64,000 nt of DNA, from the NCBI GenBank assembly GCA_029259175.1, contig JAPDJH010000004.1, positions 1 through 64,000 on the forward strand, in the 5' to 3' direction. Of the stretch, positions 57,259 through 64,000 are shown piece by piece (position 1 is the first letter of the stretch; every line of letters starts with the position of its first letter). The DNA is from Hadesarchaea archaeon. GTDB lineage: Archaea > Hadarchaeota > Hadarchaeia > Hadarchaeales > Hadarchaeaceae. The notes under the pieces are model-generated. The model made no database searches. It saw nothing but the letters and a program-made list of their open reading frames with translations, and had not been told where the DNA came from. The position numbers and the translations under genes were made by a program.

Positions 57259-58013
57259 TCAAAAAAGGTATTGTCCTTGCGGCTGGGAAAGGCTCCAGAT
57301 TATTTCCCCTAACGCTCGCAATTCCGAAGGAGATGATTCGAGTTGGTGTCAAGCCCGCGATCGAACATGCCATAAATGTTCTAAAAGCCGGAGGAGTTTC
57401 CGACATTCTAATAATCGTCGGAAGAAACAAAGAAGCCATTTTCAACTATCTAGGCTCTGGAAAAAGACTGGGTGTTCAAATCTCTTATCGCATTCAAGAG
57501 GAGCTACTGGGAACCGCCGATGCCACTTACTACGGAAAGGACTTCGTCCAAAATGAAGATTTTGCTTTGATTTATGGAGACAATTATCTCAAACCATACA
57601 ACGTTATGAAAGAAGTTGTCAAAGTTCACGAAGAAAGCAACGCAGATGCTACGCTCGTATTATCCTTAGTGAAAGATCCAAGGCAACATGGGATCGTTAA
57701 AATTGACAAAGAAGGGTGGATAACACGTATGATCGAAAAACCCACTCTTAGTGAAGCCAGACCTTTTCGACACAATAGAAAATATCTCAGCATAGCTGGA
57801 CTAATGATCCTTAAACCAATTATTTTTAGATACATAAAGAAAACAAAACCTGGCAAGAATGGGGAAATATGGCTCACCGACACTCTCGAACTCATGAGAA
57901 GAGATGGAAAACGTGTTCGAGGATTTATTTTTAATGGTGAACGATACGATATCGGAACCTTGGAATCTTTAATAGAAGCAGATAAACTCGAATACAAAAA
58001 TTTCAAGAAATGA
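57255..58013 (+). CDS. Sugar-phosphate nucleotidyltransferase (GalU/RmlA-like)
   Basis: LAAGKGSRLFPLT..PKEM, GD, IEKP, GEIWLTD, DIGT. Confidence 0.92.
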   Translation: MIKKGIVLAAGKGSRLFPLTLAIPKEMIRVGVKPAIEHAINVLKAGGVSDILIIVGRNKEAIFNYLGSGKRLGVQISYRIQEELLGTADATYYGKDFVQNEDFALIYGDNYLKPYNVMKEVVKVHEESNADATLVLSLVKDPRQHGIVKIDKEGWITRMIEKPTLSEARPFRHNRKYLSIAGLMILKPIIFRYIKKTKPGKNGEIWLTDTLELMRRDGKRVRGFIFNGERYDIGTLESLIEADKLEYKNFKK

Positions 58014-59223
58014 ACTGCCTCACAATATTAAAAGGAAAACGAAACCTGTTTTTAAACCACCAGGGGAGGGCAGAATAGCTTGAATATGCCATCCTAGTTA
58101 AAAGAACTCTGAATTCGGAAGGGTTGAATTCCAATTGATATCTCTTTACTGCGGAATTATCTAGTTCTACTCCCAACCCTCCGGCCGTTGGAAGTTTTAG
58201 ACATCCGCGAGTGAGGCCTATTGGTTTTTTGATAATATCATATCCTCGAATGTTAAACAGCCCAATTTCCTCGCTGGGGTATTGGATCTCTCTAAGCGAA
58301 GCAACCAAATGCATATAAGCGGAAACACCAACACCGCTCATCACCGCCCCGCCAATCACATATTCAAGACCCAAATCTAGAGCTTTTTCAATCAATTTTC
58401 TAGTCACGGAAAGACATCCAAACTTCGGAGGATGGAAATTCACAACATCTGCAACTTTTTTTGTTGCTATTAGGTCAATGTCCGACGGTTTCCACACGCT
58501 TTCATCGACCATTATCTTGATATTAGTCATTTTTCGAAGTTTTCGAAGACCATCCCAGTCACGCCATCTTATTGGTTGCTCAGCAATGATTATTCCATGC
58601 TCTTCGAGTTTTCTGAGAGTCTTTGCAGCTTTTTCAGCTTTTTCATAGGCCTGATTGGCATCTATCCTAAGCGCGATGCGGGGGCCCACCGCTTCTCGGA
58701 TTTGTTTTACGATTTTACAATCAATGTCCTCATTGCCTGTTACTTTTATTTTGAGATGGGTGATGCCTTGGGATGTCCAATACTTGGCAAATCTAACCAT
58801 TTCGGAAATCGGTGCCAGATATACCGTTCCTGTTGCAGGTATTTTTTTTCTGTAAATTTTGCCCAATTCTTTGGCCATTACAAATCCACTAGCTTTGCTT
58901 AGAGCGTCTAAAATTGCTGTTTCAAAAGCCAGCAAGATTCCATAATCGACTATTCGATTTTGAACCAAACGTTCTTGAATTTTGGACAAAGCTTCCAAAG
59001 CATCCGGAAGTTTTTGACCTTGTATGGTCTTGGCTATCTTTATCCCCAACGCGTGAGAATTGTAAGCGTGAGTGTAGAACGGCGTACCTTCTCCCACCCC
59101 CTCCGTCTCAGTGGTCCGTATTTTTACAAGAATGTGATTTCGGTATTTTTCTGTCCCCCACGGTAACCTAATATCGAGAGGGAACCTCAAGAGATAGATT
59201 TCAGAACGGAGGATTTTTGCCAT
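58003..59223 (-). CDS. Enolase-superfamily (muconate lactonizing/dipeptide epimerase-like) enzyme
   Basis: GVGEG, HLKIK, DANQ, EQP, DES, K.G. Confidence 0.88.
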   Translation of the reverse strand: MAKILRSEIYLLRFPLDIRLPWGTEKYRNHILVKIRTTETEGVGEGTPFYTHAYNSHALGIKIAKTIQGQKLPDALEALSKIQERLVQNRIVDYGILLAFETAILDALSKASGFVMAKELGKIYRKKIPATGTVYLAPISEMVRFAKYWTSQGITHLKIKVTGNEDIDCKIVKQIREAVGPRIALRIDANQAYEKAEKAAKTLRKLEEHGIIIAEQPIRWRDWDGLRKLRKMTNIKIMVDESVWKPSDIDLIATKKVADVVNFHPPKFGCLSVTRKLIEKALDLGLEYVIGGAVMSGVGVSAYMHLVASLREIQYPSEEIGLFNIRGYDIIKKPIGLTRGCLKLPTAGGLGVELDNSAVKRYQLEFNPSEFRVLLTRMAYSSYSALPWWFKNRFRFPFNIVRQFIS

Positions 59224-59247
59224 CAAACATTCATGGCAAAAAGTGTT

Positions 59248-61056
59248 TTAGCCCTTTTCGATCCAAGCCTCATGCCAAAGTGTAAGACCCAACAGGACCC
59301 ATAACTTCTCAAGATTAAGAACGGGATTACTCATTAATCGTCTCACATATTTTCTATTGAAATATTTTCCGAGATCCGTTTTCCACAATTTATCATCGAT
59401 TGTTTCGAAGAGTGATTTCAAGAACCGCTCATCTCGAGTGATGTGAGATCCGAACCCTATCTTTTTTTTGTAAAGCGTGGTCGGCGGCAAAAGATCTAAC
59501 ATGCTCTTCTTGAATAGGTATTTGCCTGCCGGTCCCTTCGCATTCATGCGAGGCGGGATACAAAGAGCATAGGTAATGAATTCCATATCTAGATATGGAT
59601 AGCGTACTTCGATACCTGGCAGAGCCACATACTCGCCAAGTCTAAATAATTTCTCGGGAAGTCTCCCCTTAAATTCCACTAGTGAAACAATGTGGTAAAA
59701 GTCGTTAAACCCCATCCCAAACACATTGGGGGTGTCGAAAAACGAAAACGAACTCCTGAATTGAAGATCAAACATTTTCCTTTTTTCCCATTCACAAAAA
59801 ACTACTGACCAAAACGGTATTCCGTGTCTACTTCTTAGAAGATCTGGTAGAAGCTCAGAAATGATGCTTCGCCTGACACCCCCAACCAGATTGGTGGCAA
59901 AATTGACCAAACTTTTTGGAAAGACCTTCAGAGATCCCGCCAATTGGTGGGCCACAAATAACCAGCGGTAAATAGGATATCCACAAAAAAGTTCGTCCGG
60001 TCCTAAACCATTTAACCAAAGGTTAATTTTCCTCTTTCTCATTTCTCTGAAGATGTGGTGCATAAAAACAGCCACGGCATGAGATATGGGTTCGGGACTG
60101 CTCTCCACCATGTCGGACAAGTAAGCTCGCACGTCTTCGTGAGAAATGACAGACTCGTAATGTTGGGTGCCAAACTTTTCCGCTACTTGCTTTGCATCCG
60201 AGAATTCGTTATAAACACTTCCTTCCATGCTTGTCGCAAATGTGTAAATTGGTCTGTCACATAATTGGGACGCGAAAGCTACTAGGGCTGCAGAGTCTAT
60301 CCCTCCACTAAGAGGAATCCCTATTCTAGCTTCTCGATCAATTCTCTTTTCAATGATACGTGGAAGCATTTCTCTGATTTTCTTCACGGTCTTCTCTTCA
60401 CTCTCGTTATAATTGATTTGGATGTCTAGCATTTCCCAATATTTCTTCTCTCGGACTGAACCTTTTTCACAGATAAGCACCGTTCCAAATTTCAATTTTT
60501 TCATCCCTTGGTAAAGCGTAAGCGGAGGAGGGACAAATCTCAAAGTGAGATAATGGTATACTGCTTCCGTGTTTACTTGTGGTTTTATTACGTCAGCATT
60601 TAAAAGTACTTCAAGTCTAGAAGAAAAAACAAGCTGATCATCCACCGGAACATAGTAAAGTGGGGATTCCCCAATCTTGTCTCGTGAGAGAAGCAGTCTC
60701 TCCCTTTTAGAATCCCAAACTGCTAGTGAAAAGGGGCCGTTTAACATCCCTATAAACTTAGTGTCGTATTTCAGATAGAGATATGCCGCGAGCTCTGCAT
60801 CGCTTGTGATTTCATTTTTTTTAGAAAGTTGTTGTTTTAACCAATCAAAATTATAAATTCTTCCGGAAAAGGCGACCACGATGGATTTATCGTTGTTGTA
60901 GCCAACTACCGGTCCTTCTGATTTAAAATCTCTGGTTCCCAGCAAAATTACTTTGTTGTCAACATAAGAATCTGAAGGACGGCCGATGGCTTTTTTTAAT
61001 TTGCTTAAATATTGCTCGGCATTAGGTCCACATGCTCCAGCTATAAGACCCATCAT
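59248..61056 (-). CDS. Asparagine synthase-like ATP-dependent amide ligase
   Basis: GRIYN, SDAE, RDKIG..PLYY, LSGGIDS, G.GPDELF.GY, RYPYLD, KKIGF; no N-terminal catalytic Cys. Confidence 0.88.
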   Translation of the reverse strand: MMGLIAGACGPNAEQYLSKLKKAIGRPSDSYVDNKVILLGTRDFKSEGPVVGYNNDKSIVVAFSGRIYNFDWLKQQLSKKNEITSDAELAAYLYLKYDTKFIGMLNGPFSLAVWDSKRERLLLSRDKIGESPLYYVPVDDQLVFSSRLEVLLNADVIKPQVNTEAVYHYLTLRFVPPPLTLYQGMKKLKFGTVLICEKGSVREKKYWEMLDIQINYNESEEKTVKKIREMLPRIIEKRIDREARIGIPLSGGIDSAALVAFASQLCDRPIYTFATSMEGSVYNEFSDAKQVAEKFGTQHYESVISHEDVRAYLSDMVESSPEPISHAVAVFMHHIFREMRKRKINLWLNGLGPDELFCGYPIYRWLFVAHQLAGSLKVFPKSLVNFATNLVGGVRRSIISELLPDLLRSRHGIPFWSVVFCEWEKRKMFDLQFRSSFSFFDTPNVFGMGFNDFYHIVSLVEFKGRLPEKLFRLGEYVALPGIEVRYPYLDMEFITYALCIPPRMNAKGPAGKYLFKKSMLDLLPPTTLYKKKIGFGSHITRDERFLKSLFETIDDKLWKTDLGKYFNRKYVRRLMSNPVLNLEKLWVLLGLTLWHEAWIEKG

Positions 61057-61112
61057 TTCACAATCATTTCATTCAATTTTAAACCTTCTAGCGTTGACAT
61101 TCAAGCGATAAC

Positions 61113-62096
61113 ATGGGGTCTCCGCTAGTCTCAGTGATAATGCCGGTCTACAACGCTAGCAAATATCTCCCAGAGGCCATTGAGGGAATTCTCAACCAAA
61201 GCTTTTCGGATTTTGAATTCATCATAATAGATGATGGATCTTCTGATGATAGTCCTAAAATTATCAGGAAATATGTAAAACGGGACAAGCGAATAAAGGT
61301 TCTGACCAACAAAGAGAACAGAGGTTCTGTAAAATGTAGAAACATGGGGTTAAAATTGGCTCGTGGAAAATATGTCGCTGTTGAAGATGCAGATGATGTC
61401 TCTCTTCCAAATAGGTTGGAAGTTCAGGTACAATATCTAGAAGATAATCCCCAAGTTGTCCTGTTAGGGACTTCATATCATATCATAGATGAAACCGGAG
61501 AAATATTGACAACTGTCGAAGTTCCAACCAAAGATAAAGTACTGAGAAGGATATTGCTCAAGAATAATCCTATCGACCATGGTTCCATAATGTTTAGAAG
61601 GAAGGAAATATGTAGAATAGGAGGATATCGAGAAGAGTTTGTATATGCCCACGATTATGATTTGATTTTGAGAGCACTAGAAATCGGAGAAATCCACAAC
61701 CTTTCTTCAATTCATCACAAGTGGAGATTTAGAAAAGAATCCATCTCCGCTAAAAAATTTGCTCTCCAAACTGCCTTCAGCAGATTAGCTCGAAAACTAG
61801 CTCTCGAACGTTTGAACTACGGACGTGAAATAAGTCCTCTAAAACCCGAGCCTATGAGGTTCCAAATCGATCCTGAAATTCAGTTTCAGCTTAGAGTGTG
61901 TAAAATGCTCGTATGGGGCGGTAAGTTCAAAAGGGCCAGAAAAGAAGCTTTAGTACTAATGAACAATCCTGCCATTTCGTCTTGGATCCGAATCTATCTT
62001 TCGGCGCTCTATCTCTGGACTCATATGGGAAAGATAGCGTACCCTCTTCAAAGAAAAATCATTAGTACTCTTCTAAATCAAGGAATCATACTCTAA
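61113..62096 (+). CDS. Glycosyltransferase family 2
   Basis: VSVIMPVYN, IIDDGSSD, DADD, HDY. Confidence 0.95.
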   Translation: MGSPLVSVIMPVYNASKYLPEAIEGILNQSFSDFEFIIIDDGSSDDSPKIIRKYVKRDKRIKVLTNKENRGSVKCRNMGLKLARGKYVAVEDADDVSLPNRLEVQVQYLEDNPQVVLLGTSYHIIDETGEILTTVEVPTKDKVLRRILLKNNPIDHGSIMFRRKEICRIGGYREEFVYAHDYDLILRALEIGEIHNLSSIHHKWRFRKESISAKKFALQTAFSRLARKLALERLNYGREISPLKPEPMRFQIDPEIQFQLRVCKMLVWGGKFKRARKEALVLMNNPAISSWIRIYLSALYLWTHMGKIAYPLQRKIISTLLNQGIIL

Positions 62097-63244
62097 CATC
62101 TTTTTAGAACACCGAGAAGAATTTTGTGGATTTTTTTCGAGTTATTCTCCGCATTGAAATTCCTTTGTGCATATTTGTAAGCTTTTTCAACAATTCGTCT
62201 GAGCTTCTTAGGATTTCGTAATACTTGAAGTATTTTGGTGGCCAGTTCCCTATGATCGCCGGGAGTATATAAAAAACCAGTTTTCCCATCATGCACGAGC
62301 TCTGGTGTGGCTCCCGATCGAGCGCCAATCACCGGAAGTCTACTAAGCATTGCTTCGATGGTAACTAGACCAAACGCTTCAGACCGAGAACATACTAAAA
62401 ACACATCGGCCTGAGTTCTAATTGAGGATAAATCTGGGACTCTGGAGAAAAACACCACCTCATTCTTAACTCCTACTCTCTCAACTAGATCCTCCAGTTC
62501 CTTTTTATATGGAGATCCATTACCAACAATCCAGAGCTCTGCTTTCAATCCAACTTTCTTCAGTTCTAAAATCGCCCGTATGGCATCTGAATGCCCTTTA
62601 TTAGGATGAAGTCGTCCAACCATCAACAGGATGATTTTTTTCCGCGATTTTTTTCTTCTTTGCTTCAGATTAGCCTCCACACCATCATAGACCACGTGCA
62701 CCTTACTTTTTGGGAAAAACCTGCCAAATTTCTTCCTCACAGCTTTTGAAACTACGATAACTTCGCATGACATTCGATCTACCAACTTCATCGTTCTACG
62801 GAGACCTAAATCAAAGTGGAGTCCGAAATCTTCCTCAATGAATTCTCGGATATGCCACACGTGAGGTTTGCCGACTAAAATTGCTGCTACCCCTCCAACA
62901 GGCGACACCAACGCATTAGAATAAATAAGGTCTACATCTAGCTCTCTCGCTTTAGAAGCTATTAATACAGAGAAAAGTCCTATGTTTAAAACTTTCAGGA
63001 TTTTTACTATCATGTCGAAAAATGGATTTCTCTTTGGGCTGGCCCACCACGCTGGAAGCAATTTTCGTGTAAGTACAACATAGTGTATTCTTGCCCTTTT
63101 CAAATCGTTTTCGAAATTTCCACGATTAGGTAAAACAACATAGCAATCGACCCCAAGCTTACGCAAACCTTTAATCAGGCTCAAAAGAGCCACGTTTGAG
63201 CCGTCATATCTACTACTAGAAAACGTCACAAATAAGACTTTCAT
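62093..63244 (-). CDS. Glycosyltransferase family 4
   Basis: VGRLHPNKG, SRSEAFGLVTIEAM, G..PE. Confidence 0.95.
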   Translation of the reverse strand: MKVLFVTFSSSRYDGSNVALLSLIKGLRKLGVDCYVVLPNRGNFENDLKRARIHYVVLTRKLLPAWWASPKRNPFFDMIVKILKVLNIGLFSVLIASKARELDVDLIYSNALVSPVGGVAAILVGKPHVWHIREFIEEDFGLHFDLGLRRTMKLVDRMSCEVIVVSKAVRKKFGRFFPKSKVHVVYDGVEANLKQRRKKSRKKIILLMVGRLHPNKGHSDAIRAILELKKVGLKAELWIVGNGSPYKKELEDLVERVGVKNEVVFFSRVPDLSSIRTQADVFLVCSRSEAFGLVTIEAMLSRLPVIGARSGATPELVHDGKTGFLYTPGDHRELATKILQVLRNPKKLRRIVEKAYKYAQRNFNAENNSKKIHKILLGVLKRC

Positions 63245-63255
63245 TTTCTGTTCAC

Positions 63256-64000
63256 CTATTCTACCTCAAACCAAGGTACTTCCAGAAGCGCTGGATGAGA
63301 ATAATCAAAAATGTGTCCGTAAAATCCATCTTCTCCTAAAAGCTCTCCGTGATCAGAGGTTATCACCGTTTTTCCAGGCAATTTTTTCACAAGTTTTGCG
63401 ATGTGTTTTAACACATTTTCTACTTCTCGGCGATATATTTCACGCAGTCCCTCTTGCCCATATTTTTTCGCAATTATTTCGATATACTGAAAATCCGCCA
63501 AACCTAGTTTTTTTCTAATTTTTATTGTAGTCACAGGGCCTAACACTCTACTCGCCAATCTGCCGAGCAACGCACGTAATTTAGTTATGCTTTGATAGGA
63601 TAAATCTTTCTTGAGCGAAGAATTCCAAGCGGGGGGGATGTAACCTAGAGTTAGATATGGCGTGTGGGGCTGCAAGTAATGCGCTATTATTTTTTTTCCA
63701 GGAAATTCCTTTTTCACTTGCAACACAGCCTCGTTCATAACTAATGGTGGAACCGTGTTATACTTCCGATCCCATCCATAATCCCACACGTCGATTATTT
63801 TGTAAAAATGCCCCACGGCATTGAATGCATCTTTGCTTCCCGCCGCGATCCCTTTAGAGTTAACATAAGGATGAGCCGAAACATAAACAACATTGGTCAA
63901 TCTTTTGTTGCCGAACAAAGCCTTAAGCCAGCCTTGGGTGTCCGAAGCTGGGGAGAGAACTTTCTTCAGCTTGCCACGCAAATATTTCTTATAGACAATT
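63256..64000 (-). CDS. Sulfatase/AlkP-superfamily protein, 5' end outside the window
   Basis: SPASDT..W, HYLQPH.PY, ITSDHGELLGEDG..GH, VPW. Confidence 0.8.
   Translation of the reverse strand, partial: IVYKKYLRGKLKKVLSPASDTQGWLKALFGNKRLTNVVYVSAHPYVNSKGIAAGSKDAFNAVGHFYKIIDVWDYGWDRKYNTVPPLVMNEAVLQVKKEFPGKKIIAHYLQPHTPYLTLGYIPPAWNSSLKKDLSYQSITKLRALLGRLASRVLGPVTTIKIRKKLGLADFQYIEIIAKKYGQEGLREIYRREVENVLKHIAKLVKKLPGKTVITSDHGELLGEDGFYGHIFDYSHPALLEVPWFEVE

Overview
GC-rich archaeal chromosomal segment. The gene set (Nop5/fibrillarin, Tfx, PolB, archaeal ThrRS/ProRS, RadA, SmAP, pantoate kinase, AglB) points to a thermophilic euryarchaeote-like lineage, possibly Hadarchaea; that assignment is inference only. 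Bases 1-50,400 are mostly housekeeping genes: RNA modification, replication and repair, split MetE, ilvBH, CoA/NAD/proline and inositol-lipid biosynthesis, aminoacyl-tRNA synthetases, and tRNA-Arg(TCT). After the tRNA come a sulfate-activation block (TauE, AlkP-like, cysND, two RHH regulators) and a visibly AT-richer surface-glycosylation cluster that runs off the window end. The most striking unexplained signal is two unlinked loci with the same architecture (~15.0-15.6 kb and ~26.9-27.3 kb). Each has a stand-alone small Cas2-like gene and six copies of its own short palindrome (ACTACGAA-CC-TTCGTAGT and TGACAAA-GG-TTTGTCA) separated by unique, variable-length spacers. The two palindrome families share a core (AC-R-AAGGTT-Y-GT) with fully compensatory changes, and the loci share a promoter motif. 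No cas1, recombinase or transposase is present in the window. Other candidates: several intergenic structured RNAs (one clear C/D-box sRNA, one ~195-nt switch-like RNA upstream of metE), a pseudomurein-binding-repeat transglutaminase, a stand-alone CARF protein, an AglB with a degenerate WWDYG motif, and a shared LRALGY C-terminal tag in the sulfate cluster. All calls come from reading the sequence by eye; no searches were run.
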